Position numbers and translations under genes: made by a program. A stretch of DNA of 63,807 nucleotides, the filler included, from Pirum gemmata (Eukaryota): NCBI GenBank assembly GCA_002812295.1. It is 14 parts of 14 records of this genome, joined end to end, with 100 filler letters (N's around TTAATTAATTAA, not from the genome) between each part and the next. Parts side by side here need not be neighbours in the genome. Positions count along the whole stretch, not along the records: positions 1 to 4,413 come from PDIN01001195.1; positions 4,514 to 8,891 come from PDIN01001196.1; positions 8,992 to 13,401 come from PDIN01001197.1; 11 more parts are not named here. One strand, given 5' to 3'. The notes under the pieces are model-generated. The model had not been told where the DNA came from. It did no database searches and saw nothing but the letters and a program-made list of their open reading frames with translations. Positions 1-12,476 of the stretch are shown in pieces. The number at the start of each line of letters is the position of its first letter. Positions within the stretch are counted from its first letter, which is position 1.

Positions 1-90
1 AGGGAAAGTGATAGGGTTTAATAGGATAATAATTTTATTATTGTTATTATTATTATTTTTTATATAAAATAAGAAAAACTAGCATACTAT

Positions 91-133
<43 letters not shown>

Positions 134-305
134 CGTTCACCAAAAATAATGAGAAAAACATAGTAATAAAAAACAAAAAGAAAGCACACGAAAAAGTATA
201 AATAACCTGGAAAATCTGCCAAAATATGAAAATCTTTAAAATAAAAAAACAACAATAAAAAATTACTATAACAACTCTATCGCAACAAGAACAACAACAA
301 CAACG

Positions 306-336
<31 letters not shown>

Positions 337-483
337 ACAGAAACAACAACAACCAACAACCAACAACAACATACGGTAAAAAACAACAACAACCAACAAC
401 CAACAACCAACAACCAACAACCAACAACCAACAACCAACAACCAACAACAACTAACAACTAACAACCAAAAAATCGAAAAATC

Positions 484-1341
484 ATGCAGTTCACAAACTT
501 CATCATCTCTACAATGGTAGCAACTGCTTCAATTGTAAACGCACAGGCTGCATGTTCTCTTGCAAATCTTAGTTCTCCTAGCACTCCATCAATTTTTCCA
601 AACGGTTCTTTTGTGCAAGTTTCTACCACTAGAACTTGTCAATGTGAAAATGGTGAATTTGTAAAATGTAGAGCCCCAATCCCAGGGGAAGTGGGTGTTT
701 TAGTTAGGCCAGAAATTAAAATGAAACCAGCTGAAGCAGAAGAAATATTCAGACCAGACAGTGTCGATCGTTCTGTTTTACAAATCAGTCAAGACTTCAA
801 ACCAGAGGACTTTGTTATTGATTTCAGAAAAGTACCAGTTGAATCAATGGGTATTGGTGGTTTAGTACAACCTCAAAGTTTAGGCAACAACCCAGTCTTG
901 GCAGTAGGAAACATGGCTATTACTAGATTTACTATTGATCCTTGTGGTATAAATTTACCTCACGTTCACCCAAGAGGAACTGAGCTTATTTTTATGTTTA
1001 AAGGCTCATTATTACGAACTGTTTTCGCGGAAGAAAATGGAGGAAGAATTATTACCAATGATATTACCAACGATACCAGTACCTTTTTCCCACAAGGTTT
1101 AATGCATTATCAGCAAAATATTGGCTGTGATACTGTTGCCTTTGCTTCAAGTTTAAATGATGCTGATCCTGGGGTGCAAACTATAACTACCCAATTCTTT
1201 CGTTTTCCTTTAGAAGGTATTGCAGGCTCTTTAGGTGTAGATGAAAGAAAAGCTCAAGAACTTGCTGATGGTATTCCTATTAATATTGTATTAGCTGACC
1301 AAGCTCGAGGCCAATGTCTTAAAAAATGCGGTCTTGCTTAA
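484..1341 (+). CDS. Secreted germin-like/spherulin-like cupin protein (285 aa, intronless)
   Basis: Signal peptide MQFTNFIISTMVATASIVNA; germin box PCGINLPHVHPRGTEL and second cupin motif FPQGLMHYQQN supply the His/His/Glu/His metal ligands. Confidence 0.9.
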   Translation: MQFTNFIISTMVATASIVNAQAACSLANLSSPSTPSIFPNGSFVQVSTTRTCQCENGEFVKCRAPIPGEVGVLVRPEIKMKPAEAEEIFRPDSVDRSVLQISQDFKPEDFVIDFRKVPVESMGIGGLVQPQSLGNNPVLAVGNMAITRFTIDPCGINLPHVHPRGTELIFMFKGSLLRTVFAEENGGRIITNDITNDTSTFFPQGLMHYQQNIGCDTVAFASSLNDADPGVQTITTQFFRFPLEGIAGSLGVDERKAQELADGIPINIVLADQARGQCLKKCGLA

Positions 1342-2137
1342 TTAAAACTTTTTTTTCTTTTCCTCTTTCCAATGTTGTTATCATTTCAAATACACATAAA
1401 GAAAAAGAAAAGGAAAAATTGGGATTATAGTCTGCAGTACTATAATAATATTATAATCATATTATATTTAACTAGTGAGTGAAAATATTGTGATTTTCTT
1501 GGATTATATTTGTAATATATTGCAAGAGAATACTACAAACATTAGTAACACCAACAATACTAATAACACAATGAACTGATCGAAGCCAAATAAAAAAATA
1601 AAAACCCCTTTTTTAAAATTAAATAAGTTGTATTTTTCCTTGTAGTATCATATCATTAATGAATAATTATAATATAAATAAGGAGTTGGGAGTTGGGATT
1701 TTGGGGTTATGGTTAGGATTAACAAAAAGATAAAAAAGAAAAAAAAAGGAAAATACTACTAGAAAATCTTGTATCCGAATGTTATTTTATATTATAGTGT
1801 AAGTATATAATATATGTATATAATAACTATAAACACTATTGATCATAATATAAATATATAAACAAACATGTTTCAAGACACAATATATATATTATAATTG
1901 ATAATATTAATATTATTATTACTATTATTATTATATTATTAAATCAATAATTGTTTTAGTGATTATTATTACTATTATTAGTATTATTACTAATTATTAT
2001 TATTTTATTATTATTATTATTATTATTATTAATATTATTATTATTATTATTAAAATTTCTCAAATGAGATTGTAAATCAGAGGGAATCTCAAAGTTGGTG
2101 TCAACCTCCTTTATCTTATTATATATATAATATACAT

Positions 2138-2333
2138 TATCGTGTTTTGCAATAGTGTTGTCCAGTTCAAATTATTATTATTATGATTAATTAAAGTATC
2201 AGACATGTTTTAATTAATTTGCTATTTTAATTAATTAAATTTAATGTTGTATTTTATAAACAACTTCAATTATACACTTAAGCAGTACCAAATTAAAGAT
2301 TGAAAGGACAACTGTAATGAAATAGACGAAATA
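2138..2333. mobile_element. MITE family B (about 195 bp; TATCGTGTTTTTCAATA...GAAATAGACGATA)
   Basis: Homologous full copies at 42405-42607 and 58044-58244; partial copies near 15780-15900, 52410-52520 and 56160-56330; imperfect TIRs begin TATCGT. Confidence 0.75.
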
Positions 2334-2342
2334 TATAAGTAA

Positions 2343-2528
2343 GTAATAAAAAACCGCATTACTTCCAAGTTCGAAGATCAAAATATAGAATCGTTCCTAC
2401 AATTATCTAGTCAAGGCTTTTTCCCCGTGCAAGATCTAGACCCTAAAGACCAAGACCCTAAAGACCAAGACTTATTGAAAAATCCTTTTCAATATAAAAA
2501 ACGAATGTCTCATAGCTTATATTCATAA
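2343..2528 (+). pseudogene. Possible hAT transposase C-terminal (dimerisation-domain) remnant
   Basis: Startless open frame VIKNRITSKFEDQNIESFLQLSSQGFFPVQDLDP loosely resembles the hAT C-terminal pattern IK...R.RL....L..L..IS..GP....FDP. Confidence 0.3.
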
Positions 2529-2689
2529 TAATAATAATAATTTGAACTGGACAACACTATTGCAAAATACGATATAATTATATTATACATATTTACTTAT
2601 ATTTAGTAAGATAAAGGAGGTATGACACCCACTTTGAGATTTCCTCTCATTTACAATCTCATTTGAGAAATCCTAATAATAATAATAAC

Positions 2690-2724
<35 letters not shown>

Positions 2725-3490
2725 GTATTATTCGTTTTTACATTGTAAAGAATTTTTCCATGATATAAATCATATCATATAATATTATATATATAATATA
2801 TTATAGTAGTTTATAGTTTTTGTTTAAAACACGATATATAAAATTACAACAGCTCAATGTAAGTTGAATTTCTACACCCAGGTGTGTGTGTGTGTGTGGG
2901 TTTCTAAAATAATTTACGGAATAGGGCACGGGAGAGTAAAGAAAAGAAAAAGAAAATCATGACCATCAAAAAGAGTGGCCGTTTTGAAACTGTTAATTAA
3001 GTATAAAAAACAATTCACTCTAATAGTTCAAAAAGAGTTTCCTCCTCTAATAGTTTCTAAACAAAGCCTAATAATTTTAAGAGTGTAAAAGCAAAAGCAT
3101 ACATAAGAAAGTTAGAAAGATGTTCATTGCAGACTCAAGAGTTAAAAAAGTCAAATTATAGCAATATATATATATATATTATAATAGCTAATTAAATAAA
3201 AGAAAATAAAAAAAAGAGAGTGTGGTAAATATTTTATATATCTTGATAGGACAAGCTTTATTGGGAGATTGTTATTTTGCTTTTAAAATAATAATACAAA
3301 AGAGAGACAGTTATTAAAATTCTAACTGTTCAAATTTAAATTTTTAAAAAGATTACTAGTTATATATATGAACCAGATGTGGGTCTTTTGGCCCTATACA
3401 GTAGTAGTACAATATTATATTTATGATTATTATATGTATCTATATAATACTATATTTGTTGCAGTGATTTTTTAACTGCGAAACATTGGT

Positions 3491-4149
3491 TTATTCCGCA
3501 AGGCCGCATTTTTTAAGACATTGACCTCGGGCTTTGTCGGCCAATACAATATTAATAGGAATACCATCAGCTAGTTCTTTAGCTTTCTTTTCATCTACAC
3601 CTAAAGAGCCTGCAATACCTTCTATAGGAAACTGAAAGAATTGTGTAGTTATAGTTTGTACACCAGGATCAGCATCATTTAAACTAGAAGCAAAAGCGAC
3701 AGTATCACAACCAAGATTTTGTTGATAATGCATTAAACCTTGTGGGAAAAAAGTACTAGTATCGTTGGTGATATCATTAACGATTATTCTACCCCCATTT
3801 TCTTCCGCGAAAACAGTTCGTAAAAATGACCCTTTAAACATAAAAATAAGTTCAGTTCCTCTAGGATGAACGTGAGGTAAATTTATACCGCAAGGGTCAA
3901 GAGAAAATCTAGTAATAGCCATGTTTCCTACCGCCAAGACTGGGTTGTTACCTAAACTTTGGGGTTGTACTAAACCACCAATACCCATGGATTCTACTGG
4001 TACTTTTCTGAAATCAATAACAAAGTCCTCTGGTTTAAAGTCTTGACTGATTTGTAAAACAGAACGATCCACACTGTCGGGTCTGAATATTTCTTCGGCT
4101 TCAACTGGTTTCATTTTGATTTCTGGTCTAACTATTACACCCAATTCTC
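3491..4149 (-). CDS. Germin-like/spherulin-like cupin, paralog of 484..1341 (last exon; 5' exon not in scaffold)
   Basis: Near-identical protein to the first copy. Acceptor ttttctgtAG at 4151-4150 precedes GA GAA TTG GGT GTA, giving (G)ELGVIVRPE versus GEVGVLVRPE in the paralog. Confidence 0.88.
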
Positions 4150-4266
4150 CTACAGAAAATAATATTCATAATAATAATAATCATTATCATAATCATAATA
4201 ATCATAATAATAATAATAATAATAACAATAATAACACAATAATAATAATAGTACTAATACTAAAAT

Positions 4267-4352
<86 letters not shown>

Positions 4353-4413
4353 GTATTATTCGTTTTTACATTGTAAAGAATTTTTCCATGATATAAATCA
4401 TATCATATAATAT

Positions 4414-4513
4414 NNNNNNNNNNNNNNNNNNNNNNNNNNNNNNNNNNNNNNNNNNNNTTAATTAATTAANNNNNNNNNNNNNNNNNNNNNNNNNNNNNNN
4501 NNNNNNNNNNNNN
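4414..4513. other. Artificial scaffold-joining linker (44 N + TTAATTAATTAA + 44 N)
   Basis: Identical 100-bp linkers start at 4414, 8892, 13402, 17911, 22419, 26926, 31370, 35876, 40361, 44840, 49344, 54613 and 59307. The core is a palindrome with stops in all six frames. Confidence 0.97.
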
Positions 4514-4547
<34 letters not shown>

Positions 4548-4877
4548 ATAGCTAACCCGGGCATTTGTTGCACGTTCATATATGTTGTTGTAAGTAGTAG
4601 CAACCATACTGAATAAAATAAAAATTATTACAACCCAACTAAATCAATTTAATTCGAAGAAACCTAATAAAATTGGTAAATAAAAAATATCATATTATTC
4701 AAATTTTGAAAGTTGAAAGTTGTTTATAATAAAAAATTAGAAAATTTTAATTCTTTTGTTTTCCTTTGTTTCTCCTATGATAATAATGTTATGTATTTAG
4801 TCGTATCAGATATTTATTACTATAATATTATTATATTACCGAAAGACCCACATCTGGTTCCATATCAACAGTTCTAA

Positions 4878-5570
4878 TAACTAGCTAGCTACTAGCTAGT
4901 AGCTAGTAGCTCTAGCTAGCTACTAGACTACTCTATGATAGCTAGCTAGCGAGAACTAGTATGATAGTTCTAGAACTAGTTCTAGCTAGTTCTATCATAG
5001 CTAGCTAGCCAGTTCTAGCTAGCTAGCTAGTAGTAGTAGCTAGCTATTAGTAGTGCATTACGTTACTTTTTGCGTGTCATAATAGACCCGGGGGGGGGCT
5101 AGCTAGTAGTAGCTAGCTAGCCAGTTTCGTACTATAAAAGAAGTGTCTTACAGAACTCTTACAGAACAGTGGCCTTCGCCAGATGGAATTTTTCAAAAAA
5201 ATTCCTTTGCTTTGGGCAGACCTAACTAGATTAGTCTAACTCTCAGGTCTAACTCTCTAGCTAGCTAGCTATCATAGCTAGTCTAGTAGCTAGCTACTAG
5301 CTAGTTGGCAAGCTGGGCAGACCCTGTGGGCACTGGGCAGACCTACTAGTCTATGATAGCTAGCTAGCTAGCTATGTCATAGCTAGCTACTAGCTAGAGC
5401 AAGTAGACCAGTAGCTAGCTAGTATCATGATATGATATGATAGCTAGCTAGCTAGAGTAGTTAGTGGCTAGCTAGCTAGCTTGAGTCTAGTTTGAGAGTA
5501 GTTTGAGTCTACTGCTTCAATGCTACTAGCTAGCTAGCTAGCTAGCTAGTAGGGCACTGACTACCCCGCA
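4878..5570. repeat. TAGC/CTAG-rich low-complexity island upstream of truA
   Basis: Dense agctagctag/actagtag runs; similar islands near 14630-15200, 18060-18160, 41770-42060, 50750-50890, 52700-53050, 53300-53700 and 60400-61080. Confidence 0.8.
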
Positions 5571-5797
5571 GACTAAATATGCATAATATGCATTACAATT
5601 TACAACAACAGAACAATGTGCGAAAACTAGTCTACAGTACTATCATGATACTACATATCAATGATATCATAGTATTCATAGCGATTCACAGCCAAGCCAA
5701 GTATCATCATTGTATAGTAACAGCTGATTATTTATTATTTTAAATTAGAATATATAAATAAATAAAAGTCGAGAATTTAATTCTGCTTGTTTTACAC

Positions 5798-7467
5798 ATG
5801 ATGAACCAAAACTCCGTTACCCATCTTTCTAATAAAGAAAGAAAAAGAATCGAGAGGAAATCGAAAACTGCCATTAATTTAGACCAATCTTCAAGCCCCC
5901 GCAAAATAAAATTAGAAGTGGAATACGATGGTTCTGATTTTCTTGGGTTCCAGAGTCAAGACAGTATTGCTAACTACCGAACTGTCCAAAGTACTATAGA
6001 ACTAGCAATTTTACGATTAACTGGAGAAAAAATGAGAATTCAAGGTGCTTCAAGAACTGATAAAGGAGTTCACGCAAAAGGTACTTCTTATTACACACAT
6101 GCGCGAACGCGAATATATATATATATATATATGTAAGCTTTTCGGTATATATATATATATATATATATATAAAGAGATAGGTTAGGCAATCGCCATATTC
6201 TTTCATTTGTTTTTTTATATAAACGAGTATATTCCTCCTTTTGGTTAATACTTCACTTTGCTCTACTCAAACTATTTTTTTTGGGGGGAAAAGGACAGGT
6301 TATATCTTTTATAACCCGTAGTTCTAGAAATGACGGCGAAATTGTTGATGGATTAAATACAAGGCTACCGAAAGATGTTGCTATTCGAAGTGCCGTCACA
6401 GTCGGTGACACGTTTAACCCCCGAAAATGCATAGATAAGACGTACACTTACCATATCCAACATGGATGCATTCGTCCTGCACTTAAAAGGAATTATGTGT
6501 GGCACGTTCGTGACCAGCTATGCATTGACAAAATGAAAATAACAGCAAATCATTTCATAGGAAAACCTTTGGATTTTACATCCTTTACCCCGAAACCCCT
6601 AAAAACACAAAGTGCCGCCGTAAATAATGTGTGTCACATATCTGCAATTGTATTTTTGGAATATCCTGACAATTTACTTAATATTTTGATCACTGGGGAT
6701 AGATTCGTTTTTAAATTAATTCGGACTCTAGTTGGGGTAATGGTGGATGCAGGGTTAGAAAAAATAATACCAGACGAAATACCAAATATTTTTGAGTCTC
6801 GCGATCGAAACTCATGCAAATCTCAAAGTGCCCCTGCACAAGGTTTTGAATTTTATTATTTTTATTTTTATTTTATTTTTATTTTATTTTTATTTTATTT
6901 TTATTTTTATTTTTATTTTTATTTTTATTTTTATTTTTATTTTTTACATTGATTTTGTTTTTTACATATATTTTTTTTTTTCTACTTCACAGTTTATTGT
7001 AAGTTTCTAGTTTTTTATTTTTATCGTTACACTGTTTTTCCTTTTCAATTTTGTTTGAGAGTTTTCGGTTTTATTTTTATTATTATTCAGCGCATTGGTA
7101 TTTAGTTTTTTTTGGCATTATGATTATTAATATTTTTCAGAATTTAGCATGTAATTGTTATGATGATGCTGTAATAATAATAGCTACTTTTTCTTCATTG
7201 TTTTGATTTGTAATTTTTTTATTTTAAAAAAGAAATAGACAAGTAGTCTCTATGATACGTTATATAACATTCGCAATCGTTTATTGTATATTATTTTTTA
7301 GTTTGATTAAAGTTTTTAAAATTTTTAGACTATCTTTTAATTAAGGTACAGACGTTATTAATTAGCAAAATTTATTACTTCTAAGTTTTTGTTTTTTTAA
7401 TTAAATTTTGGTATAATATTTTATATTTTTAGGTTTAGAACTGGCTTACATTCGGTATTCAGAATAA
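5798..7467 (+). CDS. truA: tRNA pseudouridine synthase, TruA family; exons 5798-6080, 6294-6842, 7433-7467
   Basis: Motifs EYDGSDFLGFQSQ, RTVQ, catalytic ASRTDKGVHAK|GQV, DFTSF, GDRFVFKLIR and SAPAQ|GLELAYIRY. Both GT-AG introns are phase 1 and splicing restores conserved motifs. Confidence 0.9.
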
Positions 7468-8383
7468 CATTATTAAGCATGTTGATTTATTATCATTATT
7501 GCACTTGGAATTATTCTACAATAAATATCATATTTGAATTTTAATAGGAAATTTGTTGATGAAGACTTTCTTAAGTGAATAATCATTTAAAGGTAAAATT
7601 CTTTGCTTTTTCTTCTAGCCGATAGGTTTCACCCTGATATAAAACTGTTTAATTTTGAATAATTAACATTTAAGTTTCTAATACGCCCTTATTCTATAAA
7701 TATCGTTTTTCTTGGCGTTGAAACACTAAATTAATGTGAATTTATGCAAATATTCTAAATTCAGAATAACATTGTTCAATTCGATTCGCATTAATGTTAA
7801 TTTAGTATTTCAATTTAAGACGATTGGCACCCTTGCTGTTTTATGGAAACAGAATCATTTTACCGATTCATTTGGTATTTGAGTTTTTGGCTGTTATATA
7901 CTTCTGTAAAGGTGAAATGCGGTTAACGCTTTTGCCATTTAGCAATATCCAATGCTAGCTTTTCTGTTACATTGTCAGCGCCGACTCTACACACACTCAC
8001 TGACCCTTGTGACGCTACATAGACTACCTCTCATCGACAGGTCAACGAGGATGGCTGGAAATGGTGCTAATAATATAATTCTAAATATGGAGCTATCAGA
8101 TCCATCGACCTTCCATATCATTTACATTACTTTATAATATACTCTATTTTAGGAGTAAAAGCTTTATCCTTTTTTGTACTGGTCCTACTAATTGATCTAG
8201 TTCTCGTTTTGGTGAATATAAAAAAAAGAGAGAGAGAGAGAACGAAAAGAAATTGAAATTAGTGTAAATAATTATGAATTTTTAGTCGATAATGATCAAC
8301 TCATGGGATTTATAAGTGATTTATAAAGAAGAAATGAAGTATTTGTTGACCCTTGAGCGAAAAATAGCTGAAACTGAAAAAAG

Positions 8384-8517
8384 TGCAAAAATTAGAATGA
8401 AAGCGAGGGCTCAAACCGAAATATTATCGAGAAAAACAAAAATAACAATCGCAAAAATCAGAATGAAAGCGAAAATTCAAACCGAAATATTATCGAGAAA
8501 AACAAAAATAACAATAT
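8384..8517 (+). repeat. 66-bp tandem duplication inside a short ORF (AKIRMKAxxQTEILSRKTKITI x2); probable coding remnant
   Basis: Two near-identical units visible; the upstream coding-like frame (ERKEIEISVNNYEFLVDNDQLMG) is out of frame with it. Confidence 0.55.
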
Positions 8518-9083
8518 AATCATCTTATTTATCTTTTTTACATCCTTTCACATCTTGTAAATTGTACTTTATAAACAAAGCGAATACTATAATATAGTAT
8601 TTATCGAAATAACCACAGGAATGAGAACGCCTTCTAATAACCTATTACCTTCTGTCCCTAGCTAGGAGGGTAATCACAATAACATAACATACCCCCCTCC
8701 CCACACACAAAAAAACCCCCCACATTATTTTTTTGTGAATATTTTATTATGAAAAAACTAAAAATTAGGGTTTTCTTTTTTTTTTTTTTTACAAGTATTT
8801 GGTAGTTTCATTATTGCAGCATCCTGTGAATACGTCATTTATGATACAACAACTATAATCATAAATATCCCGATAATACCCCTAAAAATAANNNNNNNNN
8901 NNNNNNNNNNNNNNNNNNNNNNNNNNNNNNNNNNNTTAATTAATTAANNNNNNNNNNNNNNNNNNNNNNNNNNNNNNNNNNNNNNNNNNNNTATTATTAT
9001 TATTATTTTATTCAAACTAATATAATAAAAAAATTATTATTATTATTATTATTTTATTCAAACTAATATAATAATTAAAAAAA

Positions 9084-12000
9084 TCAAGCTAAAACAAAAG
9101 CCAACATACACGAATAAATCAACCCTAACATAACATTAGTAATTACACCAGCAGATTGTTCTCTGCAACATTTCTTATCACCACTCAAACATCCTAAAGG
9201 TTTACCACTAACACAAGTTAAATCAAACTGAGTATTACCAGTACATTGTGCTTCAGAGTGCCCACACTGGGAAAGTGCAGCGGCACTATCTGGCTTACAT
9301 TCGCCTTCATCTAATGCATAACCCGCTGAACATTGTGTACATGATAAATAACCCCGCTGGGTTCCAGACAGACATTGTTCAGCTTTAAGTAAACAAGTTG
9401 GTTGTTCTATACAACCAACGCACTTATTTAAAGGGTTCGAGACGGAACCTACCGGGCAGGATTTCAAACAATTACCCTCAGGTGAAACCACAAACCCATC
9501 TTCACACCTTTCACATTTTAATAATGCTTTACTTAATTTATCAAAAACGGAACTGATCACCACGCATTCTTTTGTATTTTCAATACAGTTATCTTGTGGT
9601 GTGCATTGTTTACAAGAACCCTCTGCATCAATATAACGACCTTTATCAGTGCTGCAACCTTTACAACGGTTATCAAAATAATAATCCTTATCACATTGCT
9701 CACACAACCCAGCATCCGATACAATAAAACCTTCTTCACATTGTAAACATTTACTTATTCCAATTCTTTCATCAGAACATTTCTCTTCAGCTCTTTTACA
9801 TTCAGGTTGTTTTTGACAAAGCTCACATTTTCCTGAAGTGGCGTTACTAAAAGCTTTATTGTTGCTCTCTTTACAAGGTAAACAATCTTTTTGTTGATAA
9901 TCAAAATAGGTATCATTTTCACATTCGGCACATTGATTATTTTGATCAACATCGCATTTAGTACAATAACCATTTCTAAAACCAAAACCTTCTTCACAAA
10001 CTTTACATTCAATATAATCATGTATTCTTCCACTTGACTTATAACAATTGCCTTCTTCTACATGTTCTGTACAATTAGGTTGAACATTACATTGTATGCA
10101 TTGGTTAAGAGTTGTATCTAACTCATGACCGTTAGTATTAGGACACTCTAAACATGTGTGGTTTTCTAGTAATAGTTTTCCAGCGTTGGTTACTTTTAAG
10201 GCTGTTTCTGTAAAATTGGTTTCTGTCTTATCACAATCGAATTCAACGTTTGCCCCAAAACGCTCAACAGTGTTGTAAATGTTATTGTAATGTTTGCAAC
10301 ACTCTAATTCATTATGTGTAATATCCCTGTAAACAATTAAATAAATAAATAAATATAAGTAAATAAATATGTAAATGAGTAAATAAGTAAAGTAAATCAA
10401 TAAATCAACAAATAAAATAAATAATAATAATAACAAAATAACAAAATAACAAAAATAATCACTTACAATTTGAATTGGTACTCTTTATCTTTATCAGAAA
10501 AAACAATAGGCTCGTCACTTAATTGGAGATCATTATAACTCAAATCAATTTTTTCCAAGAAATCCTTTTCATCAAAAAGCGCAGAATGTAAAACATTAAG
10601 CTTATTAAAACTAAGATCCAACTGAGCCAACTTATTGTTATTCACAAACAAATTTTCGGTGAGAGCAGTCATATCGTTGTTAGATAAATTCAATGTTTTT
10701 AATTCAAAAAAATACTGAAAAGCATCGGTGTCAATGTCAAGAATATTATAGCCTGACAAATCTAATTCTTCACAAAAATCTACATCATTACTTGTAACAT
10801 CATTTTTCAGATATAAAGTCGAATTATCAGCAAGATAAAAAGATTGGATAGTACAGTGCATATTTTTACTTAATTCGATGTTTCTTTTAATTTCATTCCC
10901 ATTAACAATCTTCGTTGGAAAAACAAATGCATCCAAAGGTAATCGTTTGATATCATTATTACCTGACAACTTAAGTGATGTTAAAGTTTCTAATTGTGAA
11001 AAAACGTTTTCTTCAATAGTTACTATATTATCATTCTCTAGGTCAAGCTCAACTAAATTTCTTTGGTTGGCAAAATCATTCGTTTTTAAAATTTGAACAT
11101 TATTATTTGACGCATGTAACCTAGAAACATTAACCATCCAGTCAATATCGAAGCTTTCAAGTAAATTATTAGAAATATCAAACGTTTTCAAGTTAGTAAA
11201 AGCATTCAAAGCTCCTGGAGCAATGAGTTTGATTCCATAATTAGATAAATTAAGTTCATTGCACTCTTTAATAATTACATCACTCTTTCTTCTTAATACA
11301 CCAGCATCATCTAACTTAAAAGCAAAAGCAGTGCATTTACTTCTATCGTCAATTTCAAGATCATGAATACCATCTAACTCTCCTAAACCAACTCTGGTTA
11401 TCGGGTTCCCGGAAAGCTTTAATGTTTTCAGTTGCTCTTTATTATTAAAAAAGCCTTCAATGTTCGTCAAAGTATTATTAGTTAAATCCACACTTGTCAA
11501 TGCCATTAATGTTTTAAAATTTTCTGGTAATGTTGATAGTTGGTTACCACTTAAATCTAACATTTTTAATTTTTTCAACGCAGTCCCTTTATAATCGAAT
11601 ACTTTGTCATCGATCTCCGTAATGTTTTGACCTGATAAATCAATAAAATCACAATGCTGGATATCATACTTAAAGTACAACACACTTTTGTCAATAATAA
11701 AAGCAGCCCGAGTACAAAAAAAATGATTGTCAATAATAACTTGTGGATTACGATCATCAAATCCTAAATAATCTGACAAGTCTTCGAATTTAGCAGACCC
11801 CGTAGCCATCATTTGTAAAGGATTTTTACTTAAATTAAGTTGTTTAAGACTAGTTAAGTGACGGAAAGCTCCTTTTTCCACAGTTACAATATCATTATTA
11901 GCAATGTTTAATACTTCTAAATTAGATAAACCAGCAAACACATCTTCACCAATAACTGTTAAGTTATTAAAACTTAAATCTAATTGTTTAATACTAGCTG

Positions 12001-12299
12001 CATTGGAGTGATTAAAGGTATTAAGTAGAATGCTAGTAATACTGTTGTTCTGAAAATCAGCTATAGTTACATTTTGTGTGTGTTTAAAAAAATCGGAATC
12101 AATGCTGTTTAAACTGGATTGTTCGGAAAATTTGATATGATTGCATACTAATTTTTCGTCCCTGTTATAAGCTACACCATCGTAAATAGTGAAGCACGTA
12201 TCTTCTTTGTTATCTAAACAAATACCTGGAATATTATTTCGACAAATACTACATGTAGGACCTAAAAATAAGTAATAAATAAAATGAAAGTTATTATTT

Positions 12300-12331
<32 letters not shown>

Positions 12332-12442
12332 TTACTATCTATTCTATTTATTACTATTTATTACTATTTATTTATAATAATTTATTTATTATTTATTTAT
12401 TACTTATTATTTATTATTTATTTATTACTTATTATTTATTAT

Positions 12443-12476
<34 letters not shown>

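Larger units (their letters stand above)
2055..2671. repeat. Imperfect inverted repeat (arms about 2055-2190 and 2521-2671) between the two germin genes
   Basis: tttctcaaatgagattgtaaatcagagggaatctcaaag at 2056 is mirrored by ctttgagatttcctctcatttacaatctcatttgagaaa ending at 2670; tatcgtgttttgcaatagtgttgtccagttcaaatt is mirrored by aatttgaactggacaacactattgcaaaatacgata. Confidence 0.85.

Noticed and set aside
87..465. Poly-Cys/Val/Leu ORFs (also at 12284, 13446, 27622-29413, 31054, 46540, 49193-49909, 55149-55916, 56362-57847, 60088 and 62957)
   Set aside because: Translations of microsatellites, telomeric repeats or homopolymers.
4349..4413. Exact copy of 2720-2784 at the scaffold end
   Set aside because: Identical sequence following (AAT)n at a scaffold edge; most likely a misjoin through the microsatellite.
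9557..11760. Short ORFs overlapping real genes (also 5994, 6253, 6634, 13675, 22617, 23527, 24437, 25073, 33148, 34589, 35476 and 48867)
   Set aside because: Alternate-frame or antisense shadows with no motifs.
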